Assembly: GCA_036399695.1 (NCBI GenBank)
Contig: DASWMP010000345.1
Location: forward strand, 1,478-65,477
Direction: 5' to 3'
Source: Thermoanaerobaculia bacterium
GTDB taxonomy: Bacteria; Acidobacteriota; Thermoanaerobaculia; Gp7-AA8
Length of the DNA: 64,000 nucleotides
A model generated the notes under the pieces. The model saw only the letters and a list, made by a program, of their open reading frames with translations. It was not told the origin of the DNA and ran no database searches. Position numbers and translations under genes: made by a program. Each line of letters opens with the position of its first letter. Position 1 is the stretch's first letter. Positions 39,352 to 51,383 of the stretch are shown in pieces.

Positions 39352-39735
39352 GATCTCACCCCATTCGGTCGATCGCTCGCGGAGTCTTTGCTTTGCCTCC
39401 CCGAGTCTTCGATTGAAGTGACCCCAATCATTCAGTCGTTCGCGGAGTCTTCGCTTTGACTCCCGGAGTCTTCGATTGATATCGCCCATGTCATTCGCTC
39501 GTTCGCGGAGTCTTTGCTTTGCCTCCCCGAGTCTTCGATTGATATCGGCCCATATCAATCGTTCGTTCGCGGAGTCATTGCTTTGACTCGCGGAGTCTTC
39601 AATTGATATCGCCCCATATCAATCGTTCGCTCGCGGAGTCTTCGCTTTGACTCCCGGAGTCTTCGATTGATATCGGCCCATATCATTCGGTCGTTCGCGG
39701 AGTCTTTGCTTTGACTCCCGGAGTCTTCGAGTGAG
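39352..39735. repeat. Tandem repeat, about 6 copies of a roughly 63-bp unit
   Basis: Units such as cccatatcaatcgttcgttcgcggagtcattgctttgactcgcggagtcttcaattgatatcgg repeat head-to-tail. Each unit carries an internal cggagtcttcg duplication. The whole unit is conserved, with no unique spacers. Confidence 0.7.
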
Positions 39736-39814
39736 CTCGGCCCTGTCAATCGCATGCTCGCCGAGGCCAGTGATGGACTCGCCGGGGCCGCGGTTGACGT
39801 CGGTGGGGCCTGGC

Positions 39815-40474
39815 TCAGCGTCGGGTGGACAGCACGCTCAGCTCGGCCACGAGGCGAATGAGGCGGCGGCCTTCTTCGTCGGCCTGTTCGTAGGCGCGGC
39901 AGAGGGTTTCGAGCTCGTCTTCGTCCTCGTAGGCGGCGACGGTAAAGCCGTCGTCGGGCTGGGAGGCGGTGGACGTCACGCTGCGGGTCCAGAGGCCGTC
40001 GTTGAGGTGATAGCTGGTGAAGCCGCGGGTGCGGGCGCGGCGGGCGCCGCCGAGGTCCGCGAGCATCGCTGCGCCGGCCACGTCGGCGGCGTTGCCGCTG
40101 GCGTTCGAACGCTGGGCCGCCAGGATCTTGCCGACGAACGTGGCCATCATCTCCTGCAGGCGGAGGTGAGAATCGCCGACGGCATGGAGGAAATGCACGC
40201 CGGTATGAGAGACGAGGCTCTTTCCGTCGCCGCCAGGATCGCGGACGACCGTGGAGCGGACGACCTCACAGGCAAACTCGACGTCCTCTCCCTGCCAGCG
40301 GTAGACGAGAAGAAAAGCGTCTCCCAGCTCCACGCGGCCATAATGTTCCAGGAACGCGCCCGCCACCCCGATGTCGAGGATGAGCGCGTTCTGGCCGTTC
40401 ATGGTGGCCAGGATCGGTTTCGCCAGTTTGAGCCGCTGAAACTCTCGGCGGTCGTCATAGCCCATCGGACGCAT
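39815..40474 (-). CDS. PilZ-domain protein with a conserved C-terminal domain of unknown function (paralog 1)
   Basis: PilZ motifs 'RREFQRL' and 'DIGVAGA'. C-terminal 'GFTVAAYEDEDELETLCRAYEQADEEGRRLIRLVAELSV' is shared with the gene at 42461-43090. Confidence 0.55.
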   Translation of the reverse strand: MRPMGYDDRREFQRLKLAKPILATMNGQNALILDIGVAGAFLEHYGRVELGDAFLLVYRWQGEDVEFACEVVRSTVVRDPGGDGKSLVSHTGVHFLHAVGDSHLRLQEMMATFVGKILAAQRSNASGNAADVAGAAMLADLGGARRARTRGFTSYHLNDGLWTRSVTSTASQPDDGFTVAAYEDEDELETLCRAYEQADEEGRRLIRLVAELSVLSTRR

Positions 40475-40506
40475 ATGGTAAGCGCTTTGCTCGGGATACG
40501 GCAGAG

Positions 40507-42495
40507 GTGCCGTTGAGCCGAAAACCCGAACGCGATCGACGCAGCATGTGGCGCGTCGGTCCGGAGAGTACGTGGACGACGATTCTGCCCGTCGCGTTCA
40601 TCATCGTCTCCCTCCTCTCCCTGCTGATCCTGCCGATCGCGGTGGCGACGCATACGTCCAAGATGAGACGTGAGATCACGAGCGTGGCCGAGCCGGCCCG
40701 CCGTGCCGCCAACCAGATCCAGGTATCGCTGGCGCAGGAGCTCGACAAGATCATCGCCTTCCAGGTGACGGGGCAGGCGCAGTACCGCCGCGAGTACGAG
40801 GCGCTGGGGCAGCAGCAGGAAGTGAATCGCGCCGTGCTGGCGCAACAGATCCCGCTCCTCCACGAGAAGCTCGCCGGCGACCTGGCGGAGCTCTTCGTCG
40901 AAGCGCGCAAGTGGCACGGCGGCGTGGTCCGCAACGAGCTCTTCACGCGCCAGCTCCCGCCCGAAGTGTTCCAGACGCGGCTCTTCGAGCAGCATCCCGC
41001 GTACGAGCGCTCGCTGGAGAAGGCGTCGGAGCTGGAGGTCGACATCCAGCTCGCCATCGACCAGCGGTTGCAGCGCATCCAGTCGGCCGAGCAGCTCAAT
41101 GTCTCGCTGACGATCGTCCTCTCGCTGCTGGCCCTCACGTCGGCCCTCCTCGTCGCCGGCCTCGGGCGGCAGATGCGGCTCCTGGCAAAGGAAGCGACGC
41201 GCCGCCGCCTCGAGGCGGAGCGGGAGGCGAACGAGGCCAAGACCGCGCGCACGGCCGCGGAGCGGGAGGAACGGCGTGCGGCCTTCCTGGCGGCCGCGGG
41301 GCAGCAGATGACCTCCTCGCTCGACTATGAGGAAACGGTGGCCATGCTGGCGCATCTCGTGGTGCCGAACCTGGCGGAGCTCTGCGTCGTCGACATGCTC
41401 GAGCCGGACGGCTCGCTGCGCCGCACCGCCGCCGCGCACCGCAACCCGGAGGACGACATCGTGCTGACGTCCGCCATCGGACAGGTGCGCCGCGAGGTGC
41501 CGGAAGCGCTCGTGCGCATCCTGCAGGACCGCGAACCGCGCCGCGTCGGCGCGTCGTCCGGCCTGCTCCCCTTCATCGCCGGCCCGCAGCAGGGAGCGTC
41601 GACGCGCGTGATGATCTTCGCGCCGCTGGTGAGCCGCGGTGAGACGCTCGGTCTCGTCTCGGCCGTGTCGACGGAGACCCGTCCCTTCACCGACGACGAC
41701 GTGACGATGTTCGCCGAGCTGACGCGCCATGCGTCGCTGGCCATCGACAACGCGCGCCTCTACCACGAGTCGCAGCAGGTGGTGCGGGCGCGCGAGGAAG
41801 TGCTGGCCATCGTCTCGCACGACCTCCGCAACCCGCTGAGCGGCGTCACGCTCGGCGCTTCGCTGATGCAGATGTCGGACACGCTGTCGGAAGAGGACCG
41901 GGAACAGGTCGACACGATCGTGCTCTCGGCGAAACGGATGTCGCGCCTGATCGAAGACCTGCTCGACGTGACGCGCCTCGACGGCGGCAAGCGGCTGCCG
42001 ATCGATCCCGGCCGCGTCGAGGTCGCGTCGCTGCTGAACGAGTTGAACGACATCTTCAAGGCGCAGTTCGCGGCCAACGAGGTCTCGCTGCAGCTCCACA
42101 TCGAGAACGGCGCCAGCGTCGTCTGGGCGGACCGCCACCGCGTCCTGCAGGTGCTGTCGAATCTCCTCGGGAACGCGCTGAAGTTCACGCCGCAGGACGG
42201 CTTCGTGTCCATCCGCGTGACGCCGCAGGACGGTTACGTGCTCTTCTCCGTCATCGATTCGGGCCCCGGCATTCCGCCGGAGAATCTCAACGACGTCTTC
42301 AACCCTTACTGGCAGGCCAAGCGCACGGAACGCATGGGCGCGGGGCTCGGGCTGCCGATCGCCAAGGGCATCGTCGAAGCACACGGCGGCCGCATCTGGG
42401 TCGAGAGCGAGCAGGGTGTGGGGACGAAGTTCTTCTTCACGCTGCCGGCGTCGGTCGAGGTCACGCGCGCGGCGGAATCTGCAACGCGTCACTGA
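40507..42495 (+). CDS. Sensor histidine kinase (CHASE3-like periplasmic domain, TM, GAF, HisKA, HATPase_c)
   Basis: 'IVSHDLRNPLSGV' H-box. 'LLGNALKFT' N-box. 'IDSGPGIP' and 'GAGLGLPIAKGIVEAHGGRIWVES' G-boxes. GAF 'FAPLVSRGETLGLVSAV'. Confidence 0.85.
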   Translation: MPLSRKPERDRRSMWRVGPESTWTTILPVAFIIVSLLSLLILPIAVATHTSKMRREITSVAEPARRAANQIQVSLAQELDKIIAFQVTGQAQYRREYEALGQQQEVNRAVLAQQIPLLHEKLAGDLAELFVEARKWHGGVVRNELFTRQLPPEVFQTRLFEQHPAYERSLEKASELEVDIQLAIDQRLQRIQSAEQLNVSLTIVLSLLALTSALLVAGLGRQMRLLAKEATRRRLEAEREANEAKTARTAAEREERRAAFLAAAGQQMTSSLDYEETVAMLAHLVVPNLAELCVVDMLEPDGSLRRTAAAHRNPEDDIVLTSAIGQVRREVPEALVRILQDREPRRVGASSGLLPFIAGPQQGASTRVMIFAPLVSRGETLGLVSAVSTETRPFTDDDVTMFAELTRHASLAIDNARLYHESQQVVRAREEVLAIVSHDLRNPLSGVTLGASLMQMSDTLSEEDREQVDTIVLSAKRMSRLIEDLLDVTRLDGGKRLPIDPGRVEVASLLNELNDIFKAQFAANEVSLQLHIENGASVVWADRHRVLQVLSNLLGNALKFTPQDGFVSIRVTPQDGYVLFSVIDSGPGIPPENLNDVFNPYWQAKRTERMGAGLGLPIAKGIVEAHGGRIWVESEQGVGTKFFFTLPASVEVTRAAESATRH

Positions 42496-43090
42496 CGCTC
42501 AGCTCCGCGAAGAGGCGAATCAGGCGTCGCCCTTCGTCGTCGGAAGCCTGGTAGACGTGACAGAGGCGCTGCATCTCTTCGCTGTCTTCCGTACGCGCGA
42601 CGGTGAAGCCGGCCACCGGTTGTTCGGGGAGGAAGATGCGCCGGCGCACCCAGACGCCCTGCTCGAGCCGGTACGACAGGAACTGCGCGTCGACACCGCG
42701 TACGGTCTTGTCGCCGTCGACGGCTGCCTCGGGTGCGATGGTGTTCGGCGGGAGGCGGCGCCGCGTCTCGAACTCCGCCACGACGAGCTGCGCGAGCATG
42801 GCCCGCAGCCGGTCGCCCGATTCACCGATCGCGGCGAGGAAGCGCAGCCCCGAGTGCAGCGCGCCGCCGCTCTCGGTGGTGCGCACGACTTCGCACTTGA
42901 GGGCGATGTCTTGACGGTCGTAGGTGAAGCGAAGGTCGTCGTAGGTCTTCGGGAGGGGAGCGGAGTGCGTGATCCCGGCGCCGAGCACCCCGATCTCGAC
43001 GATCGTCACCGCGACCGCGCCGGCCATCGCCGCGATGGGAGGAACGAGATGGAGGCGCTGGAACTCGCGGCGCTCTTCGCCCTGCAGCAT
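42461..43090 (-). CDS. PilZ-domain protein with a conserved C-terminal domain of unknown function (paralog 2)
   Basis: Start 'MLQGEERREFQRLHLV'. 'EIGVLGAG'. C-terminal 'GFTVARTEDSEEMQRLCHVYQASDDEGRRLIRLFAELSV'. The track ORF's N-terminal extension runs into the MITE and is rejected. Confidence 0.55.
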   Translation of the reverse strand: MLQGEERREFQRLHLVPPIAAMAGAVAVTIVEIGVLGAGITHSAPLPKTYDDLRFTYDRQDIALKCEVVRTTESGGALHSGLRFLAAIGESGDRLRAMLAQLVVAEFETRRRLPPNTIAPEAAVDGDKTVRGVDAQFLSYRLEQGVWVRRRIFLPEQPVAGFTVARTEDSEEMQRLCHVYQASDDEGRRLIRLFAELSVSDALQIPPRA

Positions 43091-43111
43091 TCCACGATTG
43101 TAAGGTATGGA

Positions 43112-43306
43112 CGGGGGCCCGGGGGTCGGGGCCCGGGGCTCGGGGCTCAATGGCGTTGACTTTAGATGTGGGACAGACACTCTTATCTGTCCCGTGCACC
43201 CGAACGGCCGCTTTGTCTGGAGGACCTCCGGGGTGGGCCGGACAGACAGGAGTGTCTGTCCCACATGAGGCAAACCTCTAAGTCAACGCCATTGGGGCCC
43301 AGGGCC
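43112..43306. mobile_element. MITE-like element of family B, copy 3 (inverted relative to copy 2)
   Basis: Its reverse complement matches 34004-34190 almost base-for-base, including ttgacttagaggtttgcctcatgtgggacagacactcctgtctgtcc. Confidence 0.7.
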
Positions 43307-44119
43307 CTAGTGCACGTCGGTGCGCATGCGCATGCTGGCCATGTAGTTGCGGCGGACGCGCTCGCGGTAGTGGTGGGTGCGGGCGGTGACGCGCTGCAGG
43401 TAGTTCTGCGTCTCGGGGAACGGCGGGATGCCGCCGTGGCGGCTCACGTTGCCTTCACCGGCGTTGTAGGCGGCCAGGGCCAGGTTCGGATCGTCGAAGC
43501 GCTGGAGCAGGTACGCCAGGTACTTCGTGCCGGCGGCGATGTTCTCCTGCGGGTCGAACGGATCGGAGACGCCGAGGAGCGTCGCGGTGCTGGGGATGAT
43601 CTGCATCAGGCCCTGCGCGCTCTTGTTCGACACGAGGCGCGGGCGGAAGTCGGACTCCGTCGAGACGACGGCGGCGATCAGCTCGGGGTCGAGCCCCTGG
43701 CGCTGCGCTTCGCGGTAGATGATGTCGCCGTACGGCACCTGCGTGCGGAAGAACTCTTCCTTCGCCACTTCGAGGGAGAGCGTGCGGCCCGCGGGCTCGG
43801 CCTGCGGCGCGAGCAGCGCTTCGCGGCTTTTGCGCGTCGTGAAAATCGGGAAGGTGTTGTTTTGCGTGACCGAAGCACTCCGGGTGACGGCGGCGCGCTG
43901 CAGGAAGTCGAAGTTGAGGCTCGTGGCATCGGAGGGGATGCCGAGCGCGCCGAAGGCGAGAGGAACACCGAGGAGCACGGCGACACCGCGGGATGCGGCT
44001 TTGAAGGCCAGGCGCCAGCGGCTGGCGTGGCGGCGTGCTTCGACCTGGCAGTTGCAGATGACGCGAAAGTCGTCTGCATGTTTGCGGCTGGTGCGGCGTC
44101 TACTGTCGTCGGACTTCAT
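43307..44119 (-). CDS. Membrane-anchored lytic transglycosylase (SLT domain)
   Basis: 'VVSTESDFRPRLVSNKSAQGLMQIIPSTA' and 'AAYNAGEGNV' SLT motifs. N-terminal TM helix 'AVLLGVPLAFGALGI'. Confidence 0.7.
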   Translation of the reverse strand: MKSDDSRRRTSRKHADDFRVICNCQVEARRHASRWRLAFKAASRGVAVLLGVPLAFGALGIPSDATSLNFDFLQRAAVTRSASVTQNNTFPIFTTRKSREALLAPQAEPAGRTLSLEVAKEEFFRTQVPYGDIIYREAQRQGLDPELIAAVVSTESDFRPRLVSNKSAQGLMQIIPSTATLLGVSDPFDPQENIAAGTKYLAYLLQRFDDPNLALAAYNAGEGNVSRHGGIPPFPETQNYLQRVTARTHHYRERVRRNYMASMRMRTDVH

Positions 44120-44320
44120 ACGGCAGGTCGCAATGGGCAAAAGGCGGACCATCTCGCCCGGCCCAAAACCCAAAGTGCTGATGGTGAATGAAATCGAGTT
44201 GTGCGAGCCGTAGGAATGCCACTGACCCCTTCGGAGGACGCTCGCCGATTGCACCCGGCGCAAACGTGCGCTCCATCACATTCGGCGACTGCGGCACACC
44301 GCTTGCCAATTGCACCGAAC

Positions 44321-45133
44321 GTGAGACACCCGATCCTGTTTTTCGTTTCGTTCATTTTACTGTCGGCCGCACCGCGGGTGCTGGCGCAGAAGACCACTTC
44401 CACTACTTCTACCACGTCCAGCACCGCATCGAAGACGGCCAGCGCACCCTGCCCTGTGAAATGGGAGACGAAGCGTGCCGGCATCGAGCATCGCGAGATC
44501 CGCTGCATCGACGACACGAGCGATCTGGACGTTCATGTCGTGCGCATCGATCCGCGCAAGGTGACGCTCGATACCGTCGTCGTTTCGGGCTCGAATGCGC
44601 GAACGATTGCGCGCGAGCACGGTGCGACCTTCGCCATCAACGCCAGTTTCTTCGACAAGGCACGAACTCCCCTCGGGCTGATCGTCAAAGACGGTGAGCT
44701 CGTGAACAAGATCAACAACTCGAGCTGGCAATCTGTCTTTCTCGTCACCGGTCGCGGCAGCTCCTACATCATTCTGCCTCCGAGCTGGAGCGAATTCCGT
44801 AACCGCGCTCACATGGCCGTGCAGGCCGGTCCGCGGCTCGTCACTCGCGGCCACACCGTGAAGGTGAACCGCGGCTACAAAGCCGCGCGCGCGGGCGTCT
44901 GCATCCAGTGGGATCGGGATCTCCTTTTCTTCGCCACACCGCAGGACCGTAAGTTCACGACCACCGAGATCGCCCGCGTGGCGCGCATCGCCGAGGACAA
45001 GGGCGGCCTCGCCTGCCGCGACGCAATGCTCTTCGACGGCGGTCATTCGACGACGCTGTTCATCGACGGTGAAGGCAGCGATGACGTCGTTGTGCACGGC
45101 GGCCCCGTGCCGGTGTTCATCGTGGGGAAGTGA
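44321..45133 (+). CDS. Secreted phosphodiester glycosidase (NAGPA-like, PF09992) family protein
   Basis: GTG start with signal peptide 'ILFFVSFILLSAAPRVLAQ'. 'GATFAINASFFD...LGLIVKDGELV'. 'FDGGHSTTLFIDGEG'. Confidence 0.55.
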   Translation: MRHPILFFVSFILLSAAPRVLAQKTTSTTSTTSSTASKTASAPCPVKWETKRAGIEHREIRCIDDTSDLDVHVVRIDPRKVTLDTVVVSGSNARTIAREHGATFAINASFFDKARTPLGLIVKDGELVNKINNSSWQSVFLVTGRGSSYIILPPSWSEFRNRAHMAVQAGPRLVTRGHTVKVNRGYKAARAGVCIQWDRDLLFFATPQDRKFTTTEIARVARIAEDKGGLACRDAMLFDGGHSTTLFIDGEGSDDVVVHGGPVPVFIVGK

Positions 45134-45251
45134 TCGATTCCGATCCCGTGGCGATGGTCAGTGGTCGGTGGTCAGTTGCTGGCGCTCCGTAGCCCAGGAA
45201 GTGGCCACCGAACGCGTTGCTAACCGACCACCGGCCACTGACCACCGCCGG

Positions 45252-45632
45252 CTACTGCCTCGTGAAGAGAGGCTTCGTCTGGTCGTTGAACAGGATGACC
45301 AGCGCGTAGATGCCCAGCAGTGTACCGGGCCCGAGATGGGGCAGGTGCAGGATCGCCAGGATGATGGCGAGGACGCGAGCCCACTCGCGGAACTTCAGCA
45401 GCCCCCAGCCGGCGATGATGTTCGGGAGTGCGAGCACCGCCAGCATCACGCCGATCATGCTGACGCAGCCGCCGCCCAGCATCAGCGCGCCACGCTCTTC
45501 CTGCGTCTCCCCGGCCACCCCGCCGACGCCCATCATCGTGGCCCCGCCGAGAAAGAAGAACGCCGCTCCGATGCCGTACAGCAGGCCGAAGACGATGAAG
45601 AGGATGCCGATGATCTTCACGTGCTGCTGCAT
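45252..45632 (-). CDS. Small multi-TM membrane protein (126 aa)
   Basis: RBS AAAGGAG 5 nt before the ATG 'MQQHVKIIGILFIVFGLLYG'. Four predicted TM helices. Confidence 0.5.
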   Translation of the reverse strand: MQQHVKIIGILFIVFGLLYGIGAAFFFLGGATMMGVGGVAGETQEERGALMLGGGCVSMIGVMLAVLALPNIIAGWGLLKFREWARVLAIILAILHLPHLGPGTLLGIYALVILFNDQTKPLFTRQ

Positions 45633-45649
45633 GGGGCTCCTTTTTTTGA

Positions 45650-45733
45650 GTTGGCAGTTGGCAGTTGGCGGTTGGCAGTGTCGGAGCCAGAGTCTTTCTA
45701 CTGCCAACCGCCTACTGCCAACCGCCAACTAGC
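45650..45733. repeat. Hairpin of family C with (GTTGGCR)-repeat arms
   Basis: gttggcagttggcagttggcggttggcag ... ctgccaaccgcctactgccaaccgccaact; it contains the TAG stop of mtgA. Confidence 0.7.
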
Positions 45734-46643
45734 CCGCCGGCGGCGCGGTCTCGGTAGCTTGATTCGTATCTGTTGGCTCTGAGGTTTCAACCGTGCCGGT
45801 CGGAGGGGCCGTTTCGGTGGTGTCGGTCGTCTCGGTTGATGGGGGGGCGAGATCGGTGTCGGTGGCGGCGGGCTCGGTGGTCTCGGTCGTTGCCGTCGTC
45901 TCCGTCGGCGTCGCGGGCTTCTCCGCCGGCTTCTTCTCGGTGAGCACTTCCTTCTCGAGGGTGTAGCCCCAGCGGCGCATGCGGGAGAGGATCATGCGCT
46001 GGCGGGCGCGGAGGCGTTTGTTCGGCTTGCCGGGATTCATGATGCGCGGGTTCGGCAGGCAGCCGCCGAGCAGCGCCGCCTGCGACGGCGTGAGCGAAGC
46101 GGCCGGTTTGTCGAAGTAGAAGCGCGACGCCGCTTCGGCCCCGTAGACGCGCTCCCCCATCTCCACCACGTTCAGGTAAAGCTCGAGGATGCGTTTCTTC
46201 GAGAGGTTCTTCTCGAGCGAGCGGGCGATGAAGTACTCGCGCACTTTCCGCAGCGGGTTGCGCGAGGGAGAGAGGTACAGGTTCTTCGCGAGCTGCTGCG
46301 TGATCGTGGAGCCGCCGTGCGAGATCTTCCCGCGCTTCCAGTTCCGCTCGAACGCTTCCTTCACCGCTTCGGTATCGACCCCTTCGTGCTCGTAGAACGA
46401 ATTGTCCTCGGCCACGAGCACGGCCCGGCGGAGGTTCGGGGAGATGCGTCCGTAGGGGACCCAGCGGTACTGGATCGTGTCGTCCTTGCCGGCGTCGCGC
46501 AGCTCTTCGCGGCGCTGCTCCATGAAGGCGGTGGTCTTCGGCGGCTCCTTCGCCAGCTTCTCAACATCCGGAAAAGTCACGACTTCCCAGCCGAGCCAGA
46601 GCAGGAGGACGGCCACGATGATGAGGAGTGTGCGCTTCAGCAC
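45729..46643 (-). CDS. mtgA: Monofunctional biosynthetic peptidoglycan transglycosylase (GT51) with a Thr/Glu/Pro-rich C-terminal tail
   Basis: GTG start with TM helix 'VLKRTLLIIVAVLLLWLG'. GT51 motifs 'EDNSFYEHEGVD', 'GGSTITQQLAKN', 'RKVREYFIARSLE'. Tail 'TETTATTETTEPAATDTD'. Confidence 0.75.
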   Translation of the reverse strand: MLKRTLLIIVAVLLLWLGWEVVTFPDVEKLAKEPPKTTAFMEQRREELRDAGKDDTIQYRWVPYGRISPNLRRAVLVAEDNSFYEHEGVDTEAVKEAFERNWKRGKISHGGSTITQQLAKNLYLSPSRNPLRKVREYFIARSLEKNLSKKRILELYLNVVEMGERVYGAEAASRFYFDKPAASLTPSQAALLGGCLPNPRIMNPGKPNKRLRARQRMILSRMRRWGYTLEKEVLTEKKPAEKPATPTETTATTETTEPAATDTDLAPPSTETTDTTETAPPTGTVETSEPTDTNQATETAPPAG

Positions 46644-46679
46644 GTGCCTCGATTGTAAAGGAGACCTAAAATAAGAGCC

Positions 46680-47252
46680 ATGCGACGACTCCTGATCGCC
46701 ATTTCCCTGCTTCTCATCCCGGCGGCGGCGTTCGCGTTCGATACGACGCGCGGCCGCGCCAATCGCATCGGGATCCTCCTCCCGGCCGAATTCGACGGTG
46801 ACCGTTACGTGCACGACTCGGTACGCAAGTACCTCCACTCCGAGCTGCGCAAGGAAGGCTTCGTCCCCTTCAGCATGCACGACACCATCGACGAGCTGCG
46901 CGAGCGCGACGACTCCGACGCCCAGTTCTACATCGAGATCGCCGCGGGCGACGCGGGCTCGGAGACGTACGGCGGCATCGGTGTCGGCGGCGTGCACGGT
47001 GGCGTCGACCTCGGCGTGGTGTCTTCGCGCATGTCGGTCGTGCTGCACGTCTACGACGGCCGGACGCTCGAACGGATCGATACCTTCGACCTCTCGGAGC
47101 GCAGCACGATGGTCGCGCCGACCGCGGTCAGCCTCGGCGGCCGCCACGCCTGGGCGTGGGTGGCGATGCCGTTTGCCGAATGGGCACAGAGCCGCCGCGC
47201 CGCACGCGCCGTGGCCCGCGACGTCGCGCAGCGCCTCGCGAGCTTCGAGTGA
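46680..47252 (+). CDS. Secreted hypothetical protein
   Basis: Signal peptide 'MRRLLIAISLLLIPAAAFAFD'. Coding-like composition. Divergent from mtgA. Confidence 0.45.
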   Translation: MRRLLIAISLLLIPAAAFAFDTTRGRANRIGILLPAEFDGDRYVHDSVRKYLHSELRKEGFVPFSMHDTIDELRERDDSDAQFYIEIAAGDAGSETYGGIGVGGVHGGVDLGVVSSRMSVVLHVYDGRTLERIDTFDLSERSTMVAPTAVSLGGRHAWAWVAMPFAEWAQSRRAARAVARDVAQRLASFE

Positions 47253-47572
47253 CGCCGGTCATCGTCCTGACGACCGTCGGCGGCGACTTTGACGCACGCG
47301 CGCTGGCGCGCAGTCTGGTGGAGTTGCGCGTGGCCGCGTGCGTGAACATCGTGGAGCGCGTGGTGTCGGTGTATCGCTGGGAAGGCGAGATTACCGAAGA
47401 CGCGGAGCAGTTGCTCGCGATCAAGACGATGGACGCGCAGGTGGACGCCCTGCGGGATGCACTGTTCGCGCGGCATCCCTATGAAGTGCCGGAGTTCGTG
47501 GTGGTGCCGGTGGCCGGGATCTCCGAAGCATATGAGGCGTGGCTGCGTGGGGCCGTGCTGGCGGAGAAGTAG
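47249..47572 (+). CDS. cutA: Divalent-cation tolerance protein CutA
   Basis: GTG start overlapping the upstream stop (GTGA). 'VIVLTTVGGDFDARALARSLVELRVAACVNIVERVVSVYRWEGEI...VPEFVVVPVAG' is typical CutA1. Confidence 0.7.
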   Translation: MTPVIVLTTVGGDFDARALARSLVELRVAACVNIVERVVSVYRWEGEITEDAEQLLAIKTMDAQVDALRDALFARHPYEVPEFVVVPVAGISEAYEAWLRGAVLAEK

Positions 47573-47573
47573 A

Positions 47574-47682
47574 GGGAACAGGGAACGATGGGACCTATGG
47601 GACAACCTATAGGACCTATAGGACCTATGAGCAGGCTGCCTGACTCCCATAGGTCCCATCTCCCATCTGTCCCATTTGTCCA
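47574..47682. repeat. Hairpin of family C with (ATGGGACCT)-type repeat arms
   Basis: gatgggacctatgggacaacctataggacctataggacctatgag ... ctcccataggtcccatctcccatctgtcccatttgtcc. A related copy lies inside lhr at 63318-63390. Confidence 0.65.
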
Positions 47683-47840
47683 AAGCGTCTCCACAGGATG
47701 GAGAGTGCCCCTGCGGTACCCCCACGCCGGCCGTCGATCGCGGAACCTTGGCGGGCGCGACCGGCTGAGGCGGGCACTCTCTACGATTCGTAGAGTTGGA
47801 ACACCCTCGGGCGCCGCGGAGTTAGATTGTGTCCTCAGCC

Positions 47841-50669
<2,829 letters not shown>

Positions 50670-50725
50670 GGCAGCCGCAAGCTGCCGGGAAGAATGTTCC
50701 TTTCGGGACAGGTTCGCACCTGCCG

Positions 50726-51349
50726 ATGCCGCCGAAGATCTTCCTTCTCTCGCCCGCGAGCCTGAACGGTTTGCGGGCGAAGCAGCTCTCCTCGCCGAGG
50801 GCAAAGTTCGCGCTGGCGCTGCAGTACCAGACGCCCGAGGGCGTGGAGATCGGCGATGCCTTCGCGTTCATGAGCGCGTTGTACTTTCGCGGCAAGATCG
50901 CCTACGCGCGGCGGTTCGCGGTGCCGTCACCGGCGCTCGGCGGCAACGGCATTCTGGTCATCACCTCGGGTTACGGGCTCGTGCCTCCGGATTGGCGGCT
51001 CACGGCGGAGCGGCTCGAGCGGATGCAGAAGATCGACGTGGACATGGCGTCGCGCAACTACACGAAACCGCTGCGCGAGCACGCCGACGTCCTGCACCGG
51101 ACGCTGGAGTCGGACGCGCAGGTGGTGCTGCTCGGCAGCGTCGCCACCGGCAAGTACGTCGACGTGCTGCGGCCGATCCTCGGCGACCGGCTGCGCTTCC
51201 CGACCCACTTTGCCGGGTTGGGCGACATGGCCCGCGGCGGGCTGATGCTGCGCGCCGCACGGGCCGGCATCGAGCTGGAGTACCAGAGCCTGGACGCGAA
51301 CCGGCACCGCGCGCCCGGTGCCACCGGGAAGATGCCCAAGCTGGAGTGA
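50726..51349 (+). CDS. Hypothetical protein (207 aa)
   Basis: Coding-like ORF downstream of uvrA; no recognised motif. Confidence 0.4.
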   Translation: MPPKIFLLSPASLNGLRAKQLSSPRAKFALALQYQTPEGVEIGDAFAFMSALYFRGKIAYARRFAVPSPALGGNGILVITSGYGLVPPDWRLTAERLERMQKIDVDMASRNYTKPLREHADVLHRTLESDAQVVLLGSVATGKYVDVLRPILGDRLRFPTHFAGLGDMARGGLMLRAARAGIELEYQSLDANRHRAPGATGKMPKLE

Positions 51350-51383
51350 AACACCGCGTGTGGCGCCTTAGAATGAGTGAACG

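Noticed and set aside
39352-39735. Possible CRISPR array
   Set aside because: The entire 63-bp unit repeats with no unique spacers. It is about twice the size of CRISPR repeats, and there are no cas genes.
42461-43273. N-terminal extension 'MPHVGQTLLSVRPTPEV...' of PilZ paralog 2, and the similar small ORFs at 34054-34248 and 33919-34254
   Set aside because: They are translations of the MITE copies, recurring wherever the element occurs. They are not genes.
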